Part shown: one piece after another, positions 35,701 to 48,170 of the stretch
Position numbering within the stretch: position 1 is the first letter of the stretch
Layout: each line of letters begins with the position of its first letter
Assembly (NCBI RefSeq): GCF_000143415.4
Contig: NW_003314263.1
Span: 2,978,041 to 3,042,040, forward strand
DNA: 64,000 nucleotides
Direction: 5' to 3'
Source: Selaginella moellendorffii
Lineage: Eukaryota > Plantae > Lycopodiophyta
The notes under the pieces: model-generated
Databases searched by the model: none
Seen by the model: only the letters and a program-made list of their open reading frames with translations
What the model was told of the DNA's origin: nothing
Translations under genes and position numbers: made by a program

Positions 35701-38700
35701 TCCTCATTACAAGGACCATGGCATTCTGAAGCGACTCTTTCGTGCTCATAAGCTCCATCAAGGGCTTTCCAAGCAGCCGGTACTCATGTAACTTTAGAGG
35801 GTCTTCAGATGGAATGGAAGAACTACACTTAACAAAAGAAGGAAATCAGTTTCTATCCAAAATAGACAGAGACCTATAAGGAAGGGACGTGCAAGGCTTC
35901 ACTCGTGTACATTCCGCCACAAGCTTAGCACCTGGACATGAATGCTCCGCCGCTCGTAAGAGGTACATTATAAAAAAATCGCAGCGTGTTACGCGAATAA
36001 ACAGAACCAGAAATACCTGGAAAGCTGAACACTGATCGTATGTATCCCCACAACAGCATTTTCAGCTAGTACGAAAAATAAATGAAAGCGAAAAAAAAAA
36101 AACTCACGTTGAATCTTATAGAGAGATGCCTGGAATTGAGACATTTGCATCGTAACACTGCTCCCAGCTATCAAATCCTCGTCACAACCCCGCCACTGAC
36201 ATCGATGTATCCTACTTGGAACAGTCTTCCACCGGGAGCGCTTTCACCTATGCATGAAAAGTTTTACGCTCTTCCTGTAAGCTTTTTGAGCGACTTACTT
36301 TGACATACGTGAGATACTTCCCTTGCTGTATGCTTGTAAGCAGGGCGATGAGCTTGCAGTCCTGGATAGAAATTCGTCTGCAAACCGCTATGAAAAGACA
36401 ACGAGATCTTAGAGTGTGTACCTTGGACTCGGAGAAGCCTTCACTAGCCCAAGGAACTTTAAACATCACGAATGCTCCCTCCATCACTCTCCAGTCGCTT
36501 CTCAGCGACGAGGATACCGGTCCCGAGTAGCTGGTCGCAGCGCGTTTCCTTCTCTCGCTGTCACACTCGACTTTCATGCCATCGAGCTTGCCGTAGTAAG
36601 GTGCTCCAGGCGCTGGACCGTAGGTGAAAACACCGTTGTACCGCCAGAAGCGTAAGATACGTATCAAGCTCTGCAACAAGAGTGGAGTTCACATGTTATT
36701 TTAGCTCTTTCTTGAAGACCACTTATGTAAAATCGAAATACATCGATACCTTTCGGATTTAATGTCGACATCTGCGACAAATCCTGAAACGCAGCTAGCA
36801 GTCTTTTAGAATGTAAACATTCTATGTACCCCATGTCAGTAGAAAAACGCTGTTTTTTGGTCCTTCTACAACCGTGGCGACATCAACCGCTGGTTTGTGA
36901 CTTAACGCAAATAACTCCCTGAACGATATTCACGGATTTTGGCCATGTCTCTCGCAAGCTGGATTTGAGTCACTGAAATAAAATAAACTACAGACGAGAA
37001 GAAAACAAAACAAGTGAAAGTGAAACCTTTTTTTCGTGACCTCAATGCGATGTCCTGGGAGTAGTGGCAAAACACCCTGAAAAAAAAATTCCAGGAAAAT
37101 ACAGCTTGTTCTAGGAAAAGATCTACGACTCCATTCTATAAAAAGTTTCGCCCTAATCTAAAGTATCTCTGGTATATATTCTTCGCATCTCTTCATTAAC
37201 TTCATGCATGGGTTTTTCAGCTTCATTGCTGAGAAATCGATACCATGCGAGCCTCGCGGATGAAACTCACATAAATCCAGTGGCATTGAAGCTGATGGCA
37301 ACACTCCACAATCCAGCCACTGTAAAAACATATAAAAGGATTAATCTTCCTGTCGACTATCTTATTGGCAACTTCTAGCTTTCAAGAAAACCTATACCGA
37401 GGAACCGAAATGTTTATCTATAGCATAAAATCCTCTTTTGCCGTGCGTCCGTACGATTTTTTTGGCAAGCTCACATCTGAGCCGTACAATTCGTGGCGAC
37501 GGTGCAGATGTAAGCAATTGTGAACCGTTTGCTGAAAGTATAGTTTGCACAAACTATCTCCGGCCGGATATAAAACGAGGCGGGATCACAGCCCAAGAAG
37601 AGCTTCTCAACATCTAGCTGCATTCAATCCTGTGAAACCGGTAACAGTTTGTAGAGTTTTACCTCTAAATTCTGCGTTCTCTAAGTTCTTGCGTGTTTCA
37701 CTTTCAGGTTGTCCGTGATCGCATCGCACATTCCTGGACGAACTGACAACGAGATTAAAAACCACTGGAACACACACCTCAAGAAGCAATTGTTGCAAAT
37801 GGGGATCCTGTGGTTCTGTTCTTCACGTTTTCATATTACATTTATAAAGGATTACTGTAAGATTTAAATCAGACAAGTTTCTAATATGGGCAATAGTTTC
37901 AGAAGTTTACTAGAAGCATGATCTTTGAATGTACATTCGTCAACATATCAACCCAACTACAAATAAAATACTGAATGCCCGAGTTGTTCTGGTACGTCCA
38001 GAATCTCAATGAAGAGGCTGAGAGGTTGCAGCGAATGTTACAAGCTGGGAGATTTCTTTTCAAAGCTTTTGACATTTTTTTATTGGACACAGGTCCGTAT
38101 ACTGCAGAATGAAGTGGAGCAAAAGGAACGCAAACGGATGAATCAAGAACGAAAAAAAGTATCTGTGTAGCATAACTCTCACGGACAGTGGCAGCAAAGT
38201 TCAGGCATGTTCTTGCGGAACGAGATCAGCAGCTGTAGAATCTGTAGCTGAACTCGCTTCAGAGCCCGTAACAGTGCCACTTTGATTTATAGCATCATGG
38301 AGGCACCAAAGATGGTGTGAACATAAAAACATGTGAAAGATTCTGAGTTGGAATGCTGCTCCAGGTCTTACTCTCATAATCCAGAAAATAAAGCTTTTCC
38401 TCCGGAATCATGAAGGTGCCTTCGTAAAAACAGATTGGAGGGATAGGATATTGTTCCTCATTTAGCTTGCTTTAGCTTGCAGTCGCGGGATTTTATAGCT
38501 GATAGCATCGAGACCGTCATGGGTGGACAGTGGTACGATGCAAATGTCTCCATTCCAGGCTGCGAGGTGATCGACTATGCTCCCCTTTCTCTTTGTTGTT
38601 TCTTTTTGGTCTTCTCATTCTTCCTTTGTGCTTTAGATGCCAGGAACTCTCATTGCAATGGGAAGGCTGAATCAACCAAGCATTATGGAACTATCAAAGT

Positions 38701-41700
38701 AAGTTTTCTCTTTCTTTTTGGTTTCTTTTGTTCGCACTTGCTGAAACTGTTGATTCAGCCAGGAGTCCTGAACGGGCATGCGTACGATATAGTGTCAGCT
38801 TTCCAGGTATTTCTGGTTCGTTTTGTTTCTCATGGTGGTCACGTATATTGAGTTATTTGTGCAGTTAAAGGTGAAATTGAAAATGATGTTAAGTGCAAGT
38901 GGTCTAATGTAAATAAGTAATATTTAAGAAATTATTGTTTAAAGCTTTTTTTATGATGATAATGTGGTTGAAATTGGTGGTGTGCAAAGTAGTGCATACT
39001 GAGGATGATGTGGTGGGTGAGGCAAAGAATGTTGGCAAGGGTGATAAGGTAGTAGTAGCAGCTGCAAAAGTATTTTGAAAATATCCTTCAGAGTTGAGAG
39101 GACATTGTTTGTAATGGGTTTTGATCAAAATGTTATATTTTGTCTTATAGTGAAATTCAAAGATTTTTAATAAATCATATTTTCATTGTTATAGTTGGGT
39201 CCTAGCACTAGAAAGAATCACAAAGATGCTACACTATACAAAAGCTACCTCACGTTTTTGGGTGACAAGAACTTTTCCAGTGAATGTCGAGCGAATGTCA
39301 CAGCTTTTTGAAATCCTTTACCTGAAATAGCACAAAAGACTGGGACATTGAGAATGAAGCAGACCTTTAGATAGCCAACTTTGTTGGCGAGCAACACAAT
39401 GGTGGGGAATCATCATTGGCAGGGGATCAAAGTTGCCACTACCCAGCGCCTTTACAAGGACAATGGCATGTCAAGTGACTCTCGTATCTTTCAGCTTCAA
39501 AAACTCTGTCAAAGTGCTTTCCAGGCACTCTTGAGGAATGGAAAGTGTGATTCCAGGTCTTTAGATGGAATGAAAATACGCATGTACAAAAGAAGGTAAG
39601 TTCTATCGAGAAGAGACAAAGACCTGTATAAAGGACCCAAGGCTTCTCTGGCACTGGCCAGCTGTGTATATTCGGCCACAAGCTCAGGACCTGGACACGA
39701 ATGCTGCAAACTTTCAGTCGCTGCTCGTCAAAAGTACGTTAAACAACAAATTCTCGAAAGAAAAAAGAACCAAAAATATGCCTGGTTGCTGTAGCATTTG
39801 CAGCTACAAACAAAAAAATTGAAAACGATAAGAAAGAACTCACGTTGACAGTTCCTCCGTGATCGATTACGTCACCATCAACGTCGATGTATCCTGCTTG
39901 GAACACTCTTCCACTGGGAACACTTGCACCTATAAATGCATCAAAGATCAAACAAAGCTTCGAGTGAGAGATACGTGAGATACTTGCATTCCACCACTGT
40001 ATGCTCGTAAGCAGGCCAATGAACTTGAGTCCCAGAGAACAATGAGATCCAGAAGACCATCTGCAAACTGCTATGGACGTAAGAGAATGCGAAATCTTAA
40101 GTGTGACCTTGGACTTGGGGTTACCCCAAGGAACGTTTTGCAGCAAAACCATCACGGATGCTCCCTCCATCACTCTCCAGTTGACGAGGATACCAGTTAG
40201 GCGTAAGCCATGTGTAATTTCCTCTGCAAAAGGAGTGGAGCTCCATCATACTGCGTGGTATTCACTGAGTTGGCCATCTCTCTCGCATGAAGCTGGTGAA
40301 ACAGAGAAAGTTTTATGTCACGAGAAAACACCTTCGTTTGTGACCTCAATGCGAGCTGCTGGGAGTTAGTCTTCATTGATGAAAACGATCGATCTCTCCG
40401 GCCTCCCTAAAGAAAAACACAGAAAAGTCCAGGAAAAGGAAATCACACTCAGCAAGAAGATCTACTTACATGATCGGCATCTCACAGTCCTCTTGCGCTG
40501 ATTGCCTCCACAGCACCCCTTCTCTGTGAATCCATGAATGTCGGTGCTGATCCCATGGCCGTCATTTCAACACCCCCGAGGAGCTGAAAGACCGAGCAGG
40601 AGCTGCGCAACTTACGTAGTTTGCTCGGAAGGGCAAACTATAAATGCTTCACTTAACAGATCGGCAATAAATCGAAGTGATCTATTATAAGGCGAGCAAA
40701 CTTTGTGGCCTGCACATCGCGAACGAATTCAGTAACCAGAAAAATAAAGTTTCCACTACCTCGAGATTGCGATGTCTTTGTCGATCCTCATTACAAGGAC
40801 CATGGCATTCTGAAGCGACTCTTTCGTGCTCATAAGCTCCATCAAGGGCTTTCCAAGCAGCCGGTACTCATGTAACTTTAGAGGGTCTTCAGATGGAATG
40901 GAAGAACTACACTTAACAAAAGAAGGAAATCAGTTTCTATCCAAAATAGACAGAGACCTATAAGGAAGGGACGTGCAAGGCTTCACTCGTGTACATTCCG
41001 CCACAAGCTTAGCACCTGGACATGAATGCTCCGCCGCTCGTAAGAGGTACATTATAAAAAAATCGCAGCGTGTTACGCGAATAAACAGAACCAGAAATAC
41101 CTGGAAAGCTGAACACTGATCGTATGTATCCCCACAACAGCATTTTCAGCTAGTACGAAAAATAAATGAAAGCGAAAAAAAAAAAACTCACGTTGAATCT
41201 TATAGAGAGATGCCTGGAATTGAGACATTTGCATCGTAACACTGCTCCCAGCTATCAAATCCTCGTCACAACCCCGCCACTGACATCGATGTATCCTACT
41301 TGGAACAGTCTTCCACCGGGAGCGCTTTCACCTATGCATGAAAAGTTTTACGCTCTTCCTGTAAGCTTTTTGAGCGACTTACTTTGACATACGTGAGATA
41401 CTTCCCTTGCTGTATGCTTGTAAGCAGGGCGATGAGCTTGCAGTCCTGGATAGAAATTCGTCTGCAAACCGCTATGAAAAGACAACGAGATCTTAGAGTG
41501 TGTACCTTGGACTCGGAGAAGCCTTCACTAGCCCAAGGAACTTTAAACATCACGAATGCTCCCTCCATCACTCTCCAGTCGCTTCTCAGCGACGAGGATA
41601 CCGGTCCCGAGTAGCTGGTCGCAGCGCGTTTCCTTCTCTCGCTGTCACACTCGACTTTCATGCCATCGAGCTTGCCGTAGTAAGGTGCTCCAGGCGCTGG

Positions 41701-42584
41701 ACCGTAGGTGAAAACACCGTTGTACCGCCAGAAGCGTAAGATACGTATCAAGCTCTGCAACAAGAGTGGAGTTCACATGTTATTTTAGCTCTTTCTTGAA
41801 GACCACTTATGTAAAATCGAAATACATCGATACCTTTCGGATTTAATGTCGACATCTGCGACAAATCCTGAAACGCAGCTAGCAGTCTTTTAGAATGTAA
41901 ACATTCTATGTACCCCATGTCAGTAGAAAAACGCTGTTTTTTGGTCCTTCTACAACCGTGGCGACATCAACCGCTGGTTTGTGACTTAACGCAAATAACT
42001 CCCTGAACGATATTCACGGATTTTGGCCATGTCTCTCGCAAGCTGGATTTGAGTCACTGAAATAAAATAAACTACAGACGAGAAGAAAACAAAACAAGTG
42101 AAAGTGAAACCTTTTTTTCGTGACCTCAATGCGATGTCCTGGGAGTAGTGGCAAAACACCCTGAAAAAAAAATTCCAGGAAAATACAGCTTGTTCTAGGA
42201 AAAGAAAGTATCTCTGGTATATATTCTTCGCATCTCTTCATTAACTTCATGCATGGGTTTTTCAGCTTCATTGCTGAGAAATCGATACCATGCGAGCCTC
42301 GCGGATGAAACTCACATAAATCCAGTGGCATTGAAGCTGATGGCAACACTCCACAATCCAGCCACTGTAAAAACATATAAAAGGATTAATCTTCCTGTCG
42401 ACTATCTTATTGGCAACTTCTAGCTTTCAAGAAAACCTATACCGAGGAACCGAAATGTTTATCTATAGCATAAAATCCTCTTTTGCCGTGCGTCCGTACG
42501 ATTTTTTTGGCAAGCTCACATCTGAGCCGTACAATTCGTGGCGACGGTGCAGATGTAAGCAATTGTGAACCGTTTGCTGAAAGT
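32465..42584. repeat. Near-identical tandem duplication, 32465-37539 and 37549-42584
   Basis: ORF track repeats with offset 5084. A 39-bp indel (37121-37159) changes the offset to 5045. 9-bp filler at 37540-37548. Confidence 0.96.
33010..33760. pseudogene. F-box 3' fragment (minus) joined to a DHAD exon 1-3 fragment (plus); duplicated at about 38094-38844
   Basis: PPICFYEGTF...FTPSLVPP on minus; [23 protein letters not shown] on plus. Confidence 0.85.
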
Positions 42585-42810
42585 CCCATGGAGATAGTTT
42601 TGTTTTTGAATCCTCACAACCTTGTTCATTCATTCTAGGGTTTCGGGAGGGCGGGGAGCGCGCGTCGCCGCTCGCGTGGATCTTGGTAAGCGCCTCGAAT
42701 CTCTCTCGCTCCCTCAATCGATCTAGCAGGCATTGTGAGATTGTTCGTAGCTCCCTGACCTGATCAGTTTGTGTTCTTGGAGCTCTGCTCCAAGAAAAGC
42801 TCCTGGACAA
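40740..42810 (-). pseudogene. SPHK: Sphingosine (long-chain base) kinase pseudogene fused at its 3' end to very decayed DHAD exons; duplicate at about 35650-37539
   Basis: SVFLLTW|GFVADVDIKSE, LRFWRYNGVFTYGPAPG, WRVMEGAFVMFKVPW and GYIDV, followed by DHAD-derived GATTTGATAGCTG, CGATGCAAATGTCTC and CATGTCCAGGTGC. Confidence 0.78.
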
Positions 42811-44203
42811 TCCTTCTATTCTTTCAACGCAGTGTATTTGTCTGGCTAACTGATCTTAAAACACCGTTTTTCTTGTCCTAAGAAATGCCTTTTGGTTTGG
42901 TACTTTAGCCTGGCTTTAAGATTGATGAGCTCCTTCTAAGCATTCGATCTTTCTGTGCCTCGAGGCATCCGACCTCCTCGAGATCACACAGACTTGGCAG
43001 CTTTTCTTTCCATGCTTGTTTTTCGTTTGCTTTGTAGTTCATTTGTCTGGCTAACTAAATTCCTTTGCTACTTTTCTAGAATCATCGAGCCGGAACGAGG
43101 TGCTCTTGAACTTCTTTCGAAGTCCTTATAAGTTTTAACGCTACTGCTTTCATGAACTTCTCCCGACTGATCGCTCGCTGTTTCTTTTTCCACAAGGCAG
43201 CGTACCTGGTCCTTCCAGGATCGATCAAACTTCCACGAGATCTGGCAACGCGCACCGCCAAGCAGCGTTTTTGACTTGTATGGAGCTATCAGATGTCAAC
43301 CCGCGTATCTAAACCGCTCAAACCGGGGCTACAAACTTGCGACTTACGGGGCCGTTGTGGACCACTCCAAAGCTTACTCAGCTTCGCGAAGAATCTGGAA
43401 ATCTGGTTGAGAGCAGATAACTCGGCGGCTTATATGATTCGATGCGATCTGATACGTTGAATCCTTCTTTCAAGTCGGCCGATGCTGATCAAGTCAACCG
43501 AGTAAATCTCCAAAACCGTGTGGCGCACAGGTCAGTGGGACGTCTTTCTTCTCCGTACTTAACTGTGGTTTCTAGTCAGTTCCAAGCTTCTAACTGGTCG
43601 ATTTTTTCTTGTTTGCTGATACTGCTACGAGCCAGGGACAATAAAGGAAGATGTGATCCAGTTGACCAGTTATAGATCAAAGCTCTCGGAAACATGGGCC
43701 ACCGTTCTCACGTGGGCAGCCCGCCTTGGTCACCAATAACAGTGCCTTGTGGTGGCGAGCCGGGCCCTTGAGTTGCATAGATTCGCGAGCGAAAACGAAC
43801 TGTATGGTATCCCATTCTCGACAGCGGACGGCGCGTGGAGCGAAGCGGGGGTCCGTTGTGAAGTATCTATCGAGCTCACGTGAAAATTATCCAGAGCTGC
43901 TTCCTTTCATTATGTATATAGTCGGGGAGCTATAATGGAGCAAGCTACGAGACAACAAAACAAGCAGAGAGGTATGCTTGAGAATTGATGTGAGTTTGGA
44001 ATTTTCGGGTGTGGTGACACTGGATATTGACTTTGAAATGTTTTCCCCATTCGATTTTATAGGAAAGGAGATGGCGAAGGAGATGCAGGCCCTAGGAGCT
44101 GCTATTTCTCGTCTTCTTCTTTGTTTTTTTCTTTACAACGGGAGGAGGTACGTTATGTGTCTCTTATCGGGTGGAATGGAAACATCAGGGGATCTGAGCT
44201 CTA

Positions 44204-45630
44204 CTATCGAGCGTACGGGTTCTTGTGGGCCTCTACAACAGCGACGCAGTCGACCCTGAGAGCGATCCGGATCTGCGAAAATCCTGCTGCTCTTAACAGA
44301 TCTCGGAACTCGCGTTCAGATCTTTCCTTGCCAAGGAAATGCGCCATCATGACCAAGTCGTAACTTAGAGCCACCCGAGCTCGCTGGCTGTGATCCCCCG
44401 GGTCAGGTGCGAGGAACTCCACCATTATGATCTTGCCTCCGTTCTTGAGCGACTTGTAGCAGTTGTTCAACACTTTGATGCAGGAATCGTCGCTCCAGTT
44501 GTGCATTATGTGCTGCGGCATTAAAAGCACCAGGCAAGTTAGACACTCTTTATCAACTGACGGACTTGGATAGATAATGCAAAAGCTTTTATGCAGGTCT
44601 TGTCGAGTTACCTTTAAGTACATCCCGTCTCCGCCTGGGATTTGCTCGAACATATTTCCTCCAACGTGCTTCATTCCTGAAGAGGATTGAAAGATAAGAG
44701 CCATCAGCAACGTGATATACTTCTCAAAGCCAAAGCGAGCAAGGCACACGAAGGCAACAGGAAAACAAACAGGAAAGCAAACAGGAAGAAAGCAGAAGAA
44801 GGGAAAGACTAGTACTGACCATCGTACTCCGGAGCACCAGCAACAACGTGAGGAAGGTCGAAGTTAATCCCGTGAATGTGGGGATACTTGGTGAGTATCA
44901 TTGCGAGGCTGGATCCAGTGCCACCCCCGACATCCACCAGCGTCTTGGTATCCTTGAAGCCGTGGTAATTGTTCACGATGGCTTCCATGTAGATCTCCGA
45001 CATGTCGGACATGGCAGTGTTGAAGAGGTTGCTCTCCTGGGGGTTGGCTTCCAGGAACTCAAACAGGTTGCGGTCGTGAGCCTTTGCAAACGGGACATCG
45101 TCCCCGAGCACGGCATCGTGGAGGTGATGCAGCGACTGGAACAGCTGCTTGTCGTGCCTCACCAGCAGCAACGTCGACAGTGAAGCCCCGCCAGCGTTCC
45201 GCAGCAAGTACTTGCAAATCGGGGTGAGGCCGTAGACTTGCTCCGGCTCGCCCGACTCGTCGTCCACCTTCTTGGCCTCGAAGATGTCGCAGCTGGCCAG
45301 GAAGCGGAGGATGCGGTCCAGGTGATTGACGTTAACGCTCTTCTTGTTCTTGTTGGAGCTGACTCGCTTGGAGATCTGTCGTGCAGACAGCATGGTGCCT
45401 TGCTCCGCGTCAGCCATGATCTGAGGCACGTCCAGGAGAGTTATGGCCTTTAAAGCCATTGGGACAGTGCTGAGCGACATGAGCTCCAGGAAATTGAGAC
45501 GCTCTCTGTCGTCTGACAGCACCTTCTCCTTCCTCCCGGTACCGTTGGCGCGATCTATGCACTGGAGCACCTCAAAGTGGTTGTGACTGCGGATGTGTTC
45601 GTCAGCAACGCTCTGCTCAATCTCAAGCAT
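44204..45630 (-). CDS. Caffeic acid O-methyltransferase-like type I SAM-dependent OMT
   Basis: Exons 45630-44820, 44676-44612 (65 nt) and 44512-44204. Motifs LVDVGGGTG, GINFDLPHVV, HVGGNMFEQIP, HNWSDD, GKERSEREF. Confidence 0.93.
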
Positions 45631-46191
45631 CTTCGATCGCTCTCTTTCTCTCTCGGTAAGTATTTGCAAGCTTTTTTTCTATTCTTTTTTTCTTTTTTTT
45701 GTTCTCTCGGCCTTACTGATTGCGCGACTGCAGGGAAGCGATTCCTCCGAAACAGAGTGATGGCTTTTTAAGCTGCTTCAGGACAAACCACACGAGCGAG
45801 AAGTGGAAAAACAAAGAATTTACGAGCTGAGAGAGATGCTTTGGAGCCGCCCGACAAGATGGAACGAATGCGCAACGAAGCACGAACAAGGAATGCGAGA
45901 CAGGTAAACGAATGGCCACTAGGCTTGCTTGCTAGCACAGCCAGTGCCGTGTTTCGAGAAGAAAGATTGTGCTTGACTTGGTTTTCGTTGAACTGTAGAT
46001 TCCGGCTGGTGTTTCGCGCAATGATGCAAAGCAAACGCCACCGAGGAAGACAAAACAAAGACAAAGAGGAGAGATTTGGGCCCAAGCAAGCAGCAGCAGT
46101 GCCGGCGAGAAGATTGACGAGCGAACAAAAGGTGAGCTACTTTTCTCGCTCGCTTCGCTTCGCTTCTCTCGCTCTCTCGCACCCTCCCTTT

Positions 46192-46225
<34 letters not shown>

Positions 46226-46544
46226 CACTGTGTATTTTTGGAATGGCACTGTGTATGTACTTCCTCAGGGTCTTCTTATATACAGAACAGGAGGGCTTTG
46301 GGACGTGCGTAAGCCCTACAAGTCCCGACGGAAAAGAATGGAAGGATGGAAAAAAACTAGAAATATTAACTGTGGAGGGGGACATGCTTCCATCTCTCAA
46401 CCACCACCTTTCATGATCTTGGCAATGCCCGAATGTATTGACTTGCTCAAACTGGGGGGGCCAATATGGCCGGGGGTGTCGGTCGGATTGTGTTGCGAAT
46501 TTAACGCTAAACCCGTGGGAAGTATGGTGTGAAGAGACCGCTTA

Positions 46545-46642
46545 ACCATAGGGCGAGCTGGTTGATATCATATAATATGATATGGATTTGCAGACACCAT
46601 AGGGCGAGCTGGTTGATATCATATAATATGATATGGATTTGC
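46545..46642. repeat. Direct repeat with 51-bp period, each unit holding an ATATCATA-TAA-TATGATAT hairpin
   Basis: ACCATAGGGCGAGCTGGTTGATATCATATAATATGATATGGATTTGC at 46545 and 46596. Confidence 0.9.
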
Positions 46643-46848
46643 GGAATGATTTGGTTGTCACCATCGGGCAATTTGCATTTGGTTCCTCCTCCCATATCTG
46701 TAGACGCGGGGAGGTTTCAATCGCTTTGGCGAGCGATTGCTACCCGGGAGTGAAGGGGGTGCTGGCGATGTGAGCACAATTTACAGCTCTCATGTGGCCT
46801 GGCATGGGGGACGAGAGACAGTTTTTAGACTCGTCATATTTTGCTTTT

Positions 46849-46879
46849 TCTTCTTCTTCTTCTTCTTCTTCTTCTTCTT
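46849..46879. repeat. (CTT)n microsatellite
   Basis: About ten CTT units. Confidence 0.9.
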
Positions 46880-48053
46880 TCGTCTTCTCCTCAGTTCGAT
46901 ATAGTGCGTATACATTCGTGTCAGACTCGAACTTTGCAAGCTGTTCTAAATTTGTAATCTTTTTTTTCTAGCTTTCCTTTTTTTTTTTTCTTTCCTTTTT
47001 TGCTTTTTTTACGGAGGAACACATTACTGTCTTCTGAGTTGTTCGTACATGCTGCCAATCTTGTCAGAGGCCGCGAGGTGCAAAACCACGTAAGTCGGAC
47101 TAAACATTCTCTTTTCCTTTCTTTATATTTTCTTATTTCCCAATATCCGCGCAAATCAATAATTATATATATTAATATGTCTTTTGTAAAGTTGGAGAAC
47201 ACGAAATGAGACTGAACGTTTGACTGAGAGCATCTGGTTCCCAATTAATAAATAAGGAAGAGTCATATTCTATAAGCAAGAACAAGAAAGAAACATTCCC
47301 GCCGCTGTAACTTGCATCGGAAAACCATATGAACCGGATAACATTATCAATTCTCGAGAAACAAAAAACAGAAAGATCTTCCATGGGCATGGTCCATTTC
47401 GCGTGCTTTGCTTGTGTAAAGGCTACGTCTGGTCTAGTATACCCCATTTTGGGATTAGACTTGTGTAGGCCAAACACCCATCCGATGTCCAAAAAACGAT
47501 ACGGTGCTGCAACCAGGTGCATTCAATTGGAGCACACTCTGTCTGATTTCTCGGGGAGAACATCTTGGCAACGACACGACAGGATCACATGGAATTAAGG
47601 CCTCCGCGACAGAAGGCTTACAAAAGCAACAGACGAGGAGCGAAAACAAAGTTGGTCTTCAGATATTTGGCGAGAAAAAACTTTCGGATCCGACACTGTT
47701 CACAAACCACGATACCTGGATTCTCAGCCAGCGCCCATAAACATTGCTTGTCTCGGAAGCAGCGAAAACAAACAAGAAAGCGCAAAAGACCAAGAGATTG
47801 TACATGCGTTCTTCAATTGCCTTGCTCGGGAGATCGGGACCATCCACGTGGACGGTCAGAAACAGCACATGAGGAGCCCTAATTCGCTCGCAGCTGCCTA
47901 GGGCTTTATTCGCAAGGGGCGGGGTTTGGTCCATCCGGAAAGGTATGATGCCCGTCGTTTTTGCTAGAGAGAGCCCACTCTGCATCTGGGCGCCACGAGA
48001 TTCTGGATCTACATCTAGCAGCGGTAAAAAAAAATTTGGGCTTTGTTTTGCAG

Positions 48054-48170
48054 ATGATTGATGATCAGGATCTGGGCTTCTTTGCAAACTTCCTGGGAAT
48101 ATGCATTTTTGTGCTGGTGGTGGCATATCACTATGTAGTGGCAGACCCCAAGTATGAGATTACCACATAG
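48054..48170 (+). CDS. OST4: Oligosaccharyltransferase subunit 4 (38 aa)
   Basis: [38 protein letters not shown] matches the plant OST4 consensus. The ATG directly follows a TTTTGCAG acceptor. Confidence 0.93.
   Translation: MIDDQDLGFFANFLGICIFVLVVAYHYVVADPKYEITT

Noticed and set aside
32465-42584. Pure assembly artefact for the 5-kb duplication
   Set aside because: The copies differ by a 39-bp indel and have a templated junction filler; not fully excluded without reads.
42810-43960. Possible coiled-coil gene remnant on the minus strand; likewise an unidentified fragment at 14080-14546
   Set aside because: Multiple stops and no identifiable motif, so no call can be supported.
1-45630. Extra DHAD copies as a self-resistance gene in a natural-product cluster (aspterric-acid-like logic)
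   Set aside because: All extra DHAD copies are broken or fragmentary, and no terpene synthase, P450, PKS or NRPS is present.
46453-46700. Telomerase RNA (CTAAACCC at about 46507, G-rich 5' and C-rich 3' tracts)
   Set aside because: Only an 8-nt template-like match, and no recognisable USE/TATA Pol III promoter or oligo-T terminator at suitable spacing.
47720-47745. TPP riboswitch (GGCTGAGA on the minus strand) or U11 snRNA nearby
   Set aside because: The other conserved riboswitch motifs are absent, and the U11 5' end is missing.
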